Source of the DNA: Sulfurospirillaceae bacterium | GTDB taxonomy: Bacteria > Campylobacterota > Campylobacteria > Campylobacterales > Sulfurospirillaceae | Assembly (NCBI GenBank): GCA_033723415.1 | Contig: JAWVXD010000004.1 | Span: 128,001-192,000, forward strand | Length of the DNA: 64,000 bases | Direction: 5' to 3' | Part shown: positions 1 to 10,078 of the stretch, piece by piece | Layout: each line of letters begins with the position of its first letter | How positions within the stretch are numbered: position 1 is the stretch's first letter | Program-made: the position numbers and the translations under genes | The notes under the pieces: generated by a model | The model's database searches: none | What the model was told of the DNA's origin: nothing | What the model saw: only the letters and a program-made list of their open reading frames with translations

Positions 1-301
1 TTTTTTTACCGCTTTCCACGCCCTCATCATAATAACTTGCGGTATCTCTGATCGTTCGTGTTTCCGGATTATGAAAAATATCGTCATATTCATCGGCAAG
101 TCTTTCTAGGCCGCGCTCTTCTATAAATTCTTTAACTTCTTTTAACGCTTCACAAGAATTTTCATCCAAAGGATTTGCTATCAATATATCCAATGCTTCA
201 ACTACACCTTCATAACGATCCTCTTTTGTCGTAAATACAAACATTTTACTCATAAGACCATAATATATAGATCTAGCCGGATTCACTGATTCATGATTCA
301 T
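1..301 (-). CDS. TorD/DmsD-family molybdoenzyme chaperone, probably formate dehydrogenase-associated (5' part; runs off window start)
   Basis: Hand-translated open frame from ATG at 301 (MNHESVNPARSIYYGLMSKMF...EYDDIFHNP...TASYYDEGVESGKK) with a GAGAGG SD. The RSxYY, EYxxIF and ASYY motifs are typical of TorD/DmsD. It lies next to a polyferredoxin and selAB. Confidence 0.75.
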   Translation of the reverse strand, partial: MNHESVNPARSIYYGLMSKMFVFTTKEDRYEGVVEALDILIANPLDENSCEALKEVKEFIEERGLERLADEYDDIFHNPETRTIRDTASYYDEGVESGKK

Positions 302-562
302 AAATTTCTTCCTCTCTCTCAAGGTTCTATTGCTTGACTCAAAATGTGTATTTAGATTTTAATACATCTTCTACAATTTGGTCAACTGTTATTTTCCAAT
401 TATAAGTTTATAACCTTTAAAGTTTTATTAATTTTTTAACTGGAATATCGTTTTAAAGGGAGCTTAGAGTGAGTTTTGAGTTATTTTTTGTGGTAAATTT
501 TATTGGTAAAAATAATTTTTTATTTTTTGTTTTTTTTGTTTTGCCCATCTTGTCGAGCGTTC

Positions 563-589
563 ATTAATATGCAAAAATTGCATATTAAT
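563..589. promoter_or_regulatory. Perfect 12-bp inverted repeat (candidate operator or terminator)
   Basis: ATTAATATGCAA-AAA-TTGCATATTAAT in the 363-bp intergenic region upstream of the chaperone gene. Confidence 0.45.
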
Positions 590-664
590 TTTCAATATAT
601 AAAATTTGTCCACAACATTTTTTAGAACATTATGGACAAATTTACACAAAAGATTCATAAAATC

Positions 665-2350
665 TTATGCATTACTCCTAAGTTTCATTTGTTCATCGAG
701 TCTTGCTTGCAAAAGTATTTTTGGTTTACACTCGGCGCAGCAATAGAGTGTTCTTATCTTCAGCTCATCACCTTTGAACATCGGAGTCATCATCTCAGCT
801 ATTTTATTCACGGCTTTTGTAGGTGCAAACTCTTTTCCACACTCAACGCAAGCAAACAATTCATCTTTTGCCATGATATTTTGTTTAAAGTATGACGGAT
901 TCAGTGATATTTCATCTCTTATGACGCTAAGACAGTCATTTTCAGGACAACTCACCTCACAATACGTACAATTGGTACAAATGGAAGGATTAAATCTTAG
1001 AGAATTATCTTCAGGATGTGCGGTTAGTGCTCTGACATTACAAGCTCCCACGCAACTAAGACACAGTGTACAATTGGCTTCGTTGATCACGACATTTCCA
1101 TAGTGTATGTGTTCTCCTGTTTTGACCACGCCTAGATCATCATCGCCGACTAGGTGAGCAAGTCTGGCTGAAAAGATCTCTCGCTTTCTCAAGCCCTCTT
1201 CATTGATACCGTATTTACACTCTGGTATGGATTGCATTTTTGAAAAAATCTCTTCCAGTCCCTTAGTATCTTCACAAATGTATATAGCTGTTTTATGGTA
1301 TTTTCGCTCAAATATTTCATTAACGATCCGAATAGCATCTCCGGTACCTTTTGATATGAAGTCCGTATAAAAGATGACAGGATTACCGCTTGTCTGAAGC
1401 AGTGTCATTAGATGCGCTTCATGTAGATATTTTTCACCCTCTATCATAAAAGGTAAAACATTTTCACTCAGCTGTACATCTATAGCATCCAGATTCATTT
1501 TTGAAGGGATCATAAGTGCAATACTATCTTCAAAATAAGAGCTTATCTTGGTAAATGCAAGACGAGGCATCTGGGTATAATCAAGTGCTCCACTCGGGCA
1601 GACACTGATGCATCCCCCGCATCCATGACAGTCAATATGAGAGAATGCCAAATGCTTGGTTTCATCTTCTTTTAAAATCGCAACGGTAGGACATACCTCA
1701 GCACATTTACCGCAGATCTCTTCTCTTCGCTCATGATATTGACAGATAGATGAATCATAAGTTATAAAGTTTTTATATTTATATCCGTCAAGATTATTCA
1801 AAGTTATTGTGAGAGCTTCATCGAATCCTAAAATATTTGGATCATAAGTACCGCTTTGTTTCATCGCAAAACCAGGTGCATCTCCCCAGACAATCTGGTC
1901 GCACTCGATCACGTACTCTTCATCATTTTTTTGTATAGTTACGGTTAATTTTCCTATATGCCCCTCAACATCAGTGATCATCTCCGGAGCCAAAGTAATC
2001 GCCGTAAAATTTTCATTTTCTAAAAATTTTGCATACTTTTCTTGATTTTCATCGCTTGTAACTATTAGTAACTTTGTACCTACTTTTTCTTCATAATCAA
2101 TATATTGGGCAAAATCAAAATTATCAGCTCTAATATCGTAAAGCTTTGTTATATTTGCAATCTTTTTGCTGATGTCATCTGCAGAATTTTTGATATAGAA
2201 GTTGATCTCCGGAGCATAGATTTGAGTATTATTGATCGCTTCATTTGATACTAAATAATCACTTTCATCACTCTCATTCAATACTGTTATACTTTCATCT
2301 AGTGGGAAATCCAACTTTTCTTTTGTGAGAAATAAATATTCGTTTTGCAT
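665..2350 (-). CDS. 4Fe-4S cluster-binding polyferredoxin (formate dehydrogenase/selAB-associated type)
   Basis: 561 aa; CGKCAEVCP, CHGCGGCISVCP, CTLCLSCVGAC and CTNCTYCEVSCP motifs plus C-terminal CVEC...CCAEC. Confidence 0.85.
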   Translation of the reverse strand: MQNEYLFLTKEKLDFPLDESITVLNESDESDYLVSNEAINNTQIYAPEINFYIKNSADDISKKIANITKLYDIRADNFDFAQYIDYEEKVGTKLLIVTSDENQEKYAKFLENENFTAITLAPEMITDVEGHIGKLTVTIQKNDEEYVIECDQIVWGDAPGFAMKQSGTYDPNILGFDEALTITLNNLDGYKYKNFITYDSSICQYHERREEICGKCAEVCPTVAILKEDETKHLAFSHIDCHGCGGCISVCPSGALDYTQMPRLAFTKISSYFEDSIALMIPSKMNLDAIDVQLSENVLPFMIEGEKYLHEAHLMTLLQTSGNPVIFYTDFISKGTGDAIRIVNEIFERKYHKTAIYICEDTKGLEEIFSKMQSIPECKYGINEEGLRKREIFSARLAHLVGDDDLGVVKTGEHIHYGNVVINEANCTLCLSCVGACNVRALTAHPEDNSLRFNPSICTNCTYCEVSCPENDCLSVIRDEISLNPSYFKQNIMAKDELFACVECGKEFAPTKAVNKIAEMMTPMFKGDELKIRTLYCCAECKPKILLQARLDEQMKLRSNA

Positions 2351-2506
2351 TTTTCTTATCGCCTTTGGTCAAAGTTTATTGACTAAATTGTAAATCTTTT
2401 TGAATTAATACCTCCTTAAAAAGATAATCATCATCCTTTTCGAATCAATGCTATTTAAAAAATTTTAAGCTATAATAATTTTCATCGTTTCCAAAGGAAA
2501 GTAATT

Positions 2507-3664
2507 TTGGTAAAGAAAAGTTATATAGCCTTTTTATTGTTCTTTATTGTATTGATCAGTTTTATCGGATACATTTTCATTGCTAAAACACAAGAACCTC
2601 ATGAAATCAAGCTGGGTGCTTCCTTACCACTTAGTGGCATCAACCAAAATTTAGGTGAAGAAATCGTTGTGGGAGCAAACACTTACTTTCACTATATCAA
2701 TAAAAAAGGCGGCATCAACGGTAAGAAAATAAAGTTCATCTACTATGATGACAAATACGAACCTGAAATCACTTGGTCAAACACAGAAAAACTTATAAAT
2801 AAAGATAAAGTATTTGCACTGTTTGATTTTGTAGGGACTCCTACAGTAAAAAAGATTATGCCGATTATCGAGCAGAGTAATATCCCTTTTATCGCACCAT
2901 ATACCGGTGCTTCCTTTTTAAGAAATCCAAACATAAAAAACATTGTAAATTTCAGAAGTTCCTATCAAGAGGAGATCAATGCACTTGTAGATTATTTGGT
3001 AAAAAACAAGATGTTTACAAAATTTTCTATATTTTATCAAAATGATGATTATGGGAAAGAGGGATATATCGCTTTATTAAATGCTTTAAAACAAAAAGGC
3101 TTGGATCTTCTCAGCGAAGGGACATATAAAAGAAATACACTATTTATAAAACAAGCTATCTACGATATAAAAGCAAAAGAACCTGAAGCTATCATACTCG
3201 TAGGTGCCTACAAGCCAACGGCAAGATTTATAAGAAAAGCCAGAAAAGACGACAGCTTTAAAGATACAATATTTTGTCCTATCTCCTTTGTAAATGCCAA
3301 TGCACTGACCCAGGAGTTACACAATAATGGTAAAAATCTACTCTTTTCTCAAACCGTTCCAACCTATACAAATAACACGCCGCAAGATCAAGAGTACTTA
3401 AGACTCCTAAGTATTTATTATCCAAATCATTCACCTACTTTTGCTTCATTTGAATCATTTTTGGCGGCTAAAGTGCTTGTCAACGCACTGAGTAAAATCA
3501 AAGGCGATATAAGCGCAAAAAAATTTTTGGAGAACATAAAAAGTTTGAATAGTACAACTTTAGGTGACATCAAGATACACTATAAAAATTCACAACTGTT
3601 AAATAGCGTATATCTACTGAAATTTGAAGACGAAAAATTTAAAACAATTTGTGAGACACAATGA
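2507..3664 (+). CDS. Periplasmic ligand-binding protein, type 1 (branched-chain amino acid ABC-like fold), likely a sensor component
   Basis: N-terminal TM anchor; IKLGASLPLSG, GGINGKKI, YDDKYEP and FVGTPT motifs; no ABC permease or ATPase adjacent. Confidence 0.8.
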   Translation: MVKKSYIAFLLFFIVLISFIGYIFIAKTQEPHEIKLGASLPLSGINQNLGEEIVVGANTYFHYINKKGGINGKKIKFIYYDDKYEPEITWSNTEKLINKDKVFALFDFVGTPTVKKIMPIIEQSNIPFIAPYTGASFLRNPNIKNIVNFRSSYQEEINALVDYLVKNKMFTKFSIFYQNDDYGKEGYIALLNALKQKGLDLLSEGTYKRNTLFIKQAIYDIKAKEPEAIILVGAYKPTARFIRKARKDDSFKDTIFCPISFVNANALTQELHNNGKNLLFSQTVPTYTNNTPQDQEYLRLLSIYYPNHSPTFASFESFLAAKVLVNALSKIKGDISAKKFLENIKSLNSTTLGDIKIHYKNSQLLNSVYLLKFEDEKFKTICETQ

Positions 3665-5262
3665 AGTCTTTTATAGAACACGTAAATCAAAAATTAGAAA
3701 AAATAGCGTTTTCAAGTAAAACTAAAATTTTAATAATCACTATATTTGGCGGGACTCTTATAATCGGATTTTTGATGTTTATCTCTATATTTGCTCTCAA
3801 ATATGATTTTGAGGTTCTTTTCCAAAAACATACCGCTCCGCAAGTAAAACTAGAAGATATCAAAGATATCTACCAAGTCAATATCAAAGAGACCCTGAGT
3901 GCTGTCAAAAATCATCAAATCAGCAATCAAGAGGGTATCGAAGTCATACTTCTGGCAACACAAATCATCAAAAGACAATGGAGCGAATACAAACTCCAAT
4001 CCCAAAAAAAAATAGGTGGATTGCCTGAGTTTGCAAACAATTGGCTAAATTTCTTTTTGCCATCAAATGACGACTTAAAAAAGAGCGAATTTCAATCCAG
4101 GATCATTGATAATATCGAGAAGAAAATCAAAAGTATCGATGAGAAAACAGGGGCGTTGATACACTTTCTAAGAGAAAAACACAAACAAGGGATCTTGGAG
4201 AAAAAGATCGATGATATTATCTTGGAAACAAACTCCATAAGTATCTATCTCTCAAGCCTTATTACAAATAATCTACAAAGAGCCATCTCCAAAAAAGAAG
4301 CAAATGACAGACTTTTTACAACAAGCATATATATGCTTGCTCTGCTTATCGGTTTTACTTTTGCATTTGTAATTCTCGTATCTATTCTCATCATAAATAA
4401 CTTCAAGCAGTTACACTATTCACTTGAGGAAAATATACTACGAAAGACAAAAGAATTAAGACTTCTCAACAGTTCCCTAGAGAGTAGAATAAAAAGAGAA
4501 GTCGAGAATAGCAGAAAAAGAGACAATATCATGTTTCAACAAGCAAGACTTGCCAGGATGGGAGAAGTCCTACAGAACATTGCGCATCAGTGGAGACAGC
4601 CTTTGGGAGCGTTGATGATGATAGTGCAAGGTTTTCAAAGCAAATATCAGGCTGGAAAACTAGATGCCGAATTTATAGAAAGCAGAGTGGAAGATGCCCA
4701 AAAGATAGGAAAAAATATGTCTGATACTTTGGAGGATTTTAGAAACTTCTTTATGCCTAATCGAACCAAACAGATATTTGACGTAAATGAAGCAATCCAA
4801 AAAGCCATAGATCTCTCAAAGTACCAATTACAAAAAGAGTACATAGAGTTAACAAGCAAAATATCTGGTTCTATAAAACTGTACGGCTTTAAAAACGAAC
4901 TGATCCATGTAATACTAAATCTCATAAGCAATTCAAAAGACTCGCTCATAGCTCAACAGGATTTGAAGGAAAAAAAGATACTGATAATTTTAAAACAAAC
5001 AAGAAAAAACATAATCATAAGCGTTATAGACAATGGCGGCGGTATAAAAGATGATATAATATCCAAGATTTTTGACCCGTATTTCACGACAAAACACAAA
5101 AGTATCGGTACGGGAATCGGTCTTTACATGTCCAAGCAATTGGTTGAAAAACATATGAACGGTAAGATCAACTGCAAGAACATCATACATAGATTTGGGC
5201 AGAAAAAGTTTTTTCAATGCGCAATATTCAGCGTAGAACTACCGTTAAAAGGAGAGGAATAG
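3661..5262 (+). CDS. Sensor histidine kinase
   Basis: Two TM helices flanking a helical periplasmic domain; H-box NIAHQWRQPL, N-box NLISNSKD, DNGGG, FDPYFTTK and GTGIGL. Confidence 0.92.
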   Translation: MKSFIEHVNQKLEKIAFSSKTKILIITIFGGTLIIGFLMFISIFALKYDFEVLFQKHTAPQVKLEDIKDIYQVNIKETLSAVKNHQISNQEGIEVILLATQIIKRQWSEYKLQSQKKIGGLPEFANNWLNFFLPSNDDLKKSEFQSRIIDNIEKKIKSIDEKTGALIHFLREKHKQGILEKKIDDIILETNSISIYLSSLITNNLQRAISKKEANDRLFTTSIYMLALLIGFTFAFVILVSILIINNFKQLHYSLEENILRKTKELRLLNSSLESRIKREVENSRKRDNIMFQQARLARMGEVLQNIAHQWRQPLGALMMIVQGFQSKYQAGKLDAEFIESRVEDAQKIGKNMSDTLEDFRNFFMPNRTKQIFDVNEAIQKAIDLSKYQLQKEYIELTSKISGSIKLYGFKNELIHVILNLISNSKDSLIAQQDLKEKKILIILKQTRKNIIISVIDNGGGIKDDIISKIFDPYFTTKHKSIGTGIGLYMSKQLVEKHMNGKINCKNIIHRFGQKKFFQCAIFSVELPLKGEE

Positions 5263-5263
5263 A

Positions 5264-5947
5264 ATGCAAAAAAGAAACCTTGATCTATTGGGTAATTTTA
5301 ATTTAGTTTATCTGGAAGACGAACCTGAACTATTAAAGCACACTTTCTCGGCACTCGAAGATTTTGTGGGTGCGATATTTCCGGCTCCTACTTGTGCTGA
5401 AGCACTCAAGATAATAAAAACAAACAAGATCGACATAATCGTAGCCGACATCAATCTAAAATATGAAAACGGCATAGAATTTCTAAGATCACTCAAATAC
5501 GATCACGGCTATGAGATCCCGGCGATCCTCACGACTGCGTTCACTGACACCGAATACCTGCTCGATGCGATCAAACTAAAAGTAGAAGATTACATCGTAA
5601 AACCTATCAATGTAAAAGATCTGCTAAATTCCATACATGACACGCTTTTGCCTAAGATGCAGCAAAAAGAGATAGAGCGATCTTACAACATGATCAAGAC
5701 CATCTCTGCCATTAGTGACGGTAAACAGATAGAACTCATCAAATTTATAATCAGAAATCTAGACGATGAGCATATGTTTAACTACTCTTATGGCGATATC
5801 ATGGCGCGCGTAGACGTGAGCAAACCTACCGTCATAAAAGTATTTAGACAGTTAGCGGAGAAAGAGATACTGGTAAAGATACAAAATAAAAAGTATTTTT
5901 TTGATGAAAACAAACTACCAAACCCGAACGAGGATAGATATGAATAA
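5264..5947 (+). CDS. Response regulator with C-terminal HTH
   Basis: Receiver motifs LEDE, VADINL, LTTAF and YIVKP; C-terminal VSKPTVIKVFRQL helix-turn-helix. Confidence 0.88.
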   Translation: MQKRNLDLLGNFNLVYLEDEPELLKHTFSALEDFVGAIFPAPTCAEALKIIKTNKIDIIVADINLKYENGIEFLRSLKYDHGYEIPAILTTAFTDTEYLLDAIKLKVEDYIVKPINVKDLLNSIHDTLLPKMQQKEIERSYNMIKTISAISDGKQIELIKFIIRNLDDEHMFNYSYGDIMARVDVSKPTVIKVFRQLAEKEILVKIQNKKYFFDENKLPNPNEDRYE

Positions 5948-7277
5948 TCTTCTAAGAGAAATCCCAAAAATCGACAAAATTGCTCAAAATCCACTCTTTG
6001 ACGGATTCAATGAAGCTTTAGTGATAAAAATAGCAAAAGAGAAGATAGAAGCCTTGCGACACGGTATATTAAACGGGAAAATTCAAGATTTTGATGAATC
6101 CCTACTCTTAGACGAGATAAAAGACACGTACCAAGATATCTTTGCCCCCTCACTCAAACAGCTCATCAACGCAACCGGCGTTATCTTACATACGAACATG
6201 GGAAGAAGTCTCATCAGCGAAGAACTCGTCAAAAGAGCGCTTCCTTTGATCTGCAACTATTCAAACTTAGAGTACGATCTGGACAAAGGCTGTCGCGGTG
6301 AGCGGTATGAACATGTCAGCAGGCATCTCATAAACCTCTTGGGTGTCGAGGATGTTTTGGTCGTGAATAACAACGCCAGTGCCGTATTTTTGATTTTGAA
6401 CACCTTTGCAAGAGATAGAGAAGTCATCGTCTCAAGGGGCGAACTGGTCGAGATCGGCGGAAGTTTTAGGATTCCCGAAGTCATGAGCCAAAGCGGTGCG
6501 ATCTTGCGAGAAGTGGGCGCTACGAATAAAACAAAATATAGTGATTATGAAAATGCTATCAACGAAAATACCGTGATGCTCATGAAAGTACATCAATCAA
6601 ATTTCTCCATAGAAGGTTTTAGCGAAGACACCTCTTATGCCGACATCAGAGATTTGGCTGAAAAGAACAATCTGCTGGATTATTACGATCTTGGAAGCGG
6701 CTATATCCCGAATTTGCCTTATCATCTAGGGCAAAGGGAACACTCCTTGCCCGAAATACTCAAAACCAACCCTTCGCTCATCAGTTTCAGCGGAGACAAG
6801 CTTTTTGGAAGTGTGCAAGCGGGTATCATCGCCGGAAGAAAAGAGCTCATCGAAGAGCTCAAAAACAACCAACTCTTAAGGATGCTGCGAGTCGATAAGA
6901 TCACGCTCTCTCTTTTGGAAGAGACTATCAAAGCCTATCTGAGAGAAGAGTTTGAATACATCCCGACACTTCATATGCTTTTCACAAGCACCGATGAACT
7001 AAGGGAGCGAGCAAGTTTGATGCAAAAAGAGATCGGCGAAGATTTGTGCGAGATCATCGAAAGCACCACCGTTATGGGTGGCGGAACCCTGCCAAATAGA
7101 GAGTTTCCAACCATAGCCCTACACATCAAAGGTAAAGCCGAAGCACTAGAGAAAAAGTTCAGAAAACACCACATCATAGGAAGGATCGAAAACGACAAAT
7201 TCCTACTAGATCTCAGAAGCATCCTAGCAAGAGTGGATGATGAATTGATAGAAAAAACAAAAGAGATATTGGGGTGA
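5940..7277 (+). CDS. selA: L-seryl-tRNA(Sec) selenium transferase
   Basis: INATGVILHTNMGRS, VVNNNASA, SRGELVEIGGSFRIP and FSGDKL (PLP Lys). Start moved to ATG 5940, which follows an AGGA SD. Confidence 0.96.
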   Translation: MNNLLREIPKIDKIAQNPLFDGFNEALVIKIAKEKIEALRHGILNGKIQDFDESLLLDEIKDTYQDIFAPSLKQLINATGVILHTNMGRSLISEELVKRALPLICNYSNLEYDLDKGCRGERYEHVSRHLINLLGVEDVLVVNNNASAVFLILNTFARDREVIVSRGELVEIGGSFRIPEVMSQSGAILREVGATNKTKYSDYENAINENTVMLMKVHQSNFSIEGFSEDTSYADIRDLAEKNNLLDYYDLGSGYIPNLPYHLGQREHSLPEILKTNPSLISFSGDKLFGSVQAGIIAGRKELIEELKNNQLLRMLRVDKITLSLLEETIKAYLREEFEYIPTLHMLFTSTDELRERASLMQKEIGEDLCEIIESTTVMGGGTLPNREFPTIALHIKGKAEALEKKFRKHHIIGRIENDKFLLDLRSILARVDDELIEKTKEILG

Positions 7278-7324
7278 AAAAAACAATTATAAGCTTTATA
7301 GATTATGAAAAGAGACAATAAGAT

Positions 7325-9160
7325 ATGAGATACACGATAGTCGGAACAGCGGGTCATGTCGATCATGGCAAAACCGCACTCATCGAGGCGTTGAGTGGAT
7401 TTAGAGGGGATAGTTTAGAAGAGGAAAAACGCAGAGGGATCACCATAGATCTGAGTTTTTCGCATTTGCAAAATGACGATACAAACGTGGCGTTCATCGA
7501 CGTACCGGGGCATGAGAAGCTTTTGAAGAACATGATAGCAGGGGCTTTTGGTTTTGATGCCGCTCTTGTCGTAGTCGATGCTAACGAAGGGCTGATGCCT
7601 CAGACCATCGAGCATCTGGAGATCTTAAATCTGCTTCATGTAAAGAACATCATCCTAGCACTCACCAAGAACGATTTGGCATCTGAAGAGACACTTTCAC
7701 AAAGAGAAAAAGAGCTTCGAGATTACATCAAAACACTAAAAAATTTAGCGATATTTGATCTGCTACGTGTCAGTATCTACGACAAAGACTCGATCGAAAA
7801 ACTAAAGACCACACTCTTTTCACTGCCGATTGTGGAGAAAAAAAGCAACGGGCTTTTTAGATACTATATCGATCGATCGTTTTCACTCGCGGGAGTCGGT
7901 CAGGTCGTCACGGGAACCGTGCTAGACGGTAGCATCAAAGTCGGAGACAAGATTTACGCACCGGAGCTGAATCAAGAATTTAAGATCAAGAATCTACAAG
8001 TACATGACACAGATGTGCAGAGTGCCTTTAGCTCTCAGCGAACGGCGATCAATCTGCAAGGCAGTCCAAAATCACCACTGAAACGCGGTACGCTTCTTTG
8101 CAAAAAAGGCTTCATCAAAGGGTTCAATACTATAGACGTCTGGGTTGAGGGTATCTCCGGTCACAAGATCAAACACGACTCCTCTCTTAGTATATTTGTC
8201 GGGACAAAACAAGTCGAAGCAAAGATACTCCTTTTAGAAGGAGTAGAACCTATAGAGAAAGGTTTTGCAACTCTTTGTTTTAAACAAAAACTGTTTTTGG
8301 TGCATAACGAACCTTTTATACTCTCAAGCAGTGGACGAACCATAGGCGGCGGACGTGTGCTAAATCCTATCAACGATCCTATAAAAAAGAAAACTAAGAT
8401 AGAGTTGTTGAACTCTCTAAAAGATGATGATTTTAAGAGTACATTTTCGCTTCTTACTTCCATACATAAAAGAGGATTTGGTTTGATATCCTCAAACCAA
8501 AGGTTTGGACTAAATCATGAAGAGGCCATAGAGATAGCAAATGACCTAGATGATGTTTTTGTAGATGAAAAAGGTCTTGTCATCTACCCTATAGGTATCA
8601 AAACAGAGCTTAGAGAGAGCGTAAAAAAGATATATGAGAAAAATCAATATGCCCTGCTTTCTCCTGCTTCATTATCTTTGAAAATAAAATGGGCAAGTAT
8701 CTCCTTGCTTCATGACATACTCTCAGAGCTATGCGATGAAGGATTTCTCAAGCTGGAGAACGGAATATATAAAAATGCTGCTGTTGAGATCAAAGATGTC
8801 GGCAAGCTCATGGAAGAACGAATATTTGAGATATTAGACAAATCTGCACTGACTCCTGACGCGCCTTATAACATTTATGACGATCTGGATATTGATAAGC
8901 AAATCGGAGACAATGCTCTAAAAAGTCTAACAAGAGCTAGAAAAGTAGTGAGATTGGCGCACAATCTATTTGTAGAGTCAAAGGCCCTCAGTCAAATAGT
9001 AGCAAAGATGAGAGAGATCATGACAAAAGAAGGCTATATAGATATCGCTTCTTTCAAAAAACATTTTGAGATAAGTAGAAAGTATTTGGTGGCCTATCTT
9101 GATTATTTAGACCATTTTGATGATGTAAAGAAACAAGACAACAGAAGATATCTGGCATAG
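7325..9160 (+). CDS. selB: Selenocysteine-specific translation elongation factor
   Basis: GTAGHVDHGKT, EEKRRGITIDL and DVPGHEK; C-terminal winged helix SRKYLVAYLDYLD. Confidence 0.96.
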   Translation: MRYTIVGTAGHVDHGKTALIEALSGFRGDSLEEEKRRGITIDLSFSHLQNDDTNVAFIDVPGHEKLLKNMIAGAFGFDAALVVVDANEGLMPQTIEHLEILNLLHVKNIILALTKNDLASEETLSQREKELRDYIKTLKNLAIFDLLRVSIYDKDSIEKLKTTLFSLPIVEKKSNGLFRYYIDRSFSLAGVGQVVTGTVLDGSIKVGDKIYAPELNQEFKIKNLQVHDTDVQSAFSSQRTAINLQGSPKSPLKRGTLLCKKGFIKGFNTIDVWVEGISGHKIKHDSSLSIFVGTKQVEAKILLLEGVEPIEKGFATLCFKQKLFLVHNEPFILSSSGRTIGGGRVLNPINDPIKKKTKIELLNSLKDDDFKSTFSLLTSIHKRGFGLISSNQRFGLNHEEAIEIANDLDDVFVDEKGLVIYPIGIKTELRESVKKIYEKNQYALLSPASLSLKIKWASISLLHDILSELCDEGFLKLENGIYKNAAVEIKDVGKLMEERIFEILDKSALTPDAPYNIYDDLDIDKQIGDNALKSLTRARKVVRLAHNLFVESKALSQIVAKMREIMTKEGYIDIASFKKHFEISRKYLVAYLDYLDHFDDVKKQDNRRYLA

Positions 9161-9191
9161 AGAACTCTTTGTGAATTACAAAGAGTTCTCT
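9159..9191. terminator. Bidirectional terminator hairpin between convergent genes
   Basis: AGAGAACTCTTTGT-GAATT-ACAAAGAGTTCTCT, a 14-bp perfect stem. Confidence 0.75.
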
Positions 9192-9206
9192 CTTGGTATA
9201 TGTATA

Positions 9207-9923
9207 TCAACGAGGACTGACGACTATATATATCTCTCTACCGTCTTTTACCGTTTTGGAAAAATAGTGTCCCTCAAACCAGTAGTATGAAACTCCATTT
9301 AGTATTCTTTGTGTCGCTCCTGCCGGTAATTTGTAAAAAATATTTCCGGGGGCATATTTACTATCAACCGGAACCGAGTTGTTGATAACAGGACCCTGGT
9401 CTATGATTATATTCTGGGGTACACTTGGATCAACTACTCTATAACCGTTATAAGAGGGAGCCCATTCATAGTATGTATTGTCATAATAATAATAGTTTCT
9501 TCCATAAATACTGACTACTGAACAACCTATAGGCAATACAGGAACGATAGCACCAATTGGCGGCATGACTATAATAAAGTTTCCATTGTAAGGTCGATAA
9601 AAGATCCCATTGTCATAGTAATACCCTAACCCGCCAAAACTAAAGAATATTGATGAAACAGGCCTTCTATAGATCACCCTGCCCCATCTACGATCAGCCG
9701 GTATCGGCTTATGATACTTTGGTACGGTATTATAATAGCGTCTTGTTTCTATTCGGTTTTCATGTCGATTTTCATATCTTTCTCTTATTTCATAGCGCTT
9801 AGTTTCTTTTTTGACGTTTTGATGACCTCTATCATCATATTTGTCTTGCCAAGATCTAGCATTTAAAGATACTCCGACAAATGATAAAAGTACAAATGAT
9901 ATTGTTAATATTCTATAATTCAT
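9207..9923 (-). CDS. Secreted Tyr/Pro-rich protein (DUF6515-like)
   Basis: Signal peptide; repeated YYYDNGIFYRP, PPIGAIVPVLP and YYYYDNTYY modules. Confidence 0.6.
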   Translation of the reverse strand: MNYRILTISFVLLSFVGVSLNARSWQDKYDDRGHQNVKKETKRYEIRERYENRHENRIETRRYYNTVPKYHKPIPADRRWGRVIYRRPVSSIFFSFGGLGYYYDNGIFYRPYNGNFIIVMPPIGAIVPVLPIGCSVVSIYGRNYYYYDNTYYEWAPSYNGYRVVDPSVPQNIIIDQGPVINNSVPVDSKYAPGNIFYKLPAGATQRILNGVSYYWFEGHYFSKTVKDGREIYIVVSPR

Positions 9924-10078
9924 TATTTCCTCCTAACTTTAAAATATTCTTTAATCCAAGCTACTTTATTATTATATCACTTCAAACGTTACAAGTGTTA
10001 ACCGATCACAAACAGATTAATAAAATATTTAATTAATTTGAGTAAAATAGCGCAGAAATAAACCCAAGGATCCAATAG

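Noticed and set aside
632..1103. Short antisense or alternative-frame ORFs here and throughout the track (for example 56810-57334, 61837-62205)
   Set aside because: They are shadows of well-supported genes on the opposite strand or frame, with no motifs or SD support.
4001..4015. Homopolymeric A tracts as phase-variation switches (kinase gene, cheR start and others)
   Set aside because: Short A/T runs are expected at this AT content, the frames are intact, and no long poly-G/C tracts typical of Campylobacterota contingency loci were seen.
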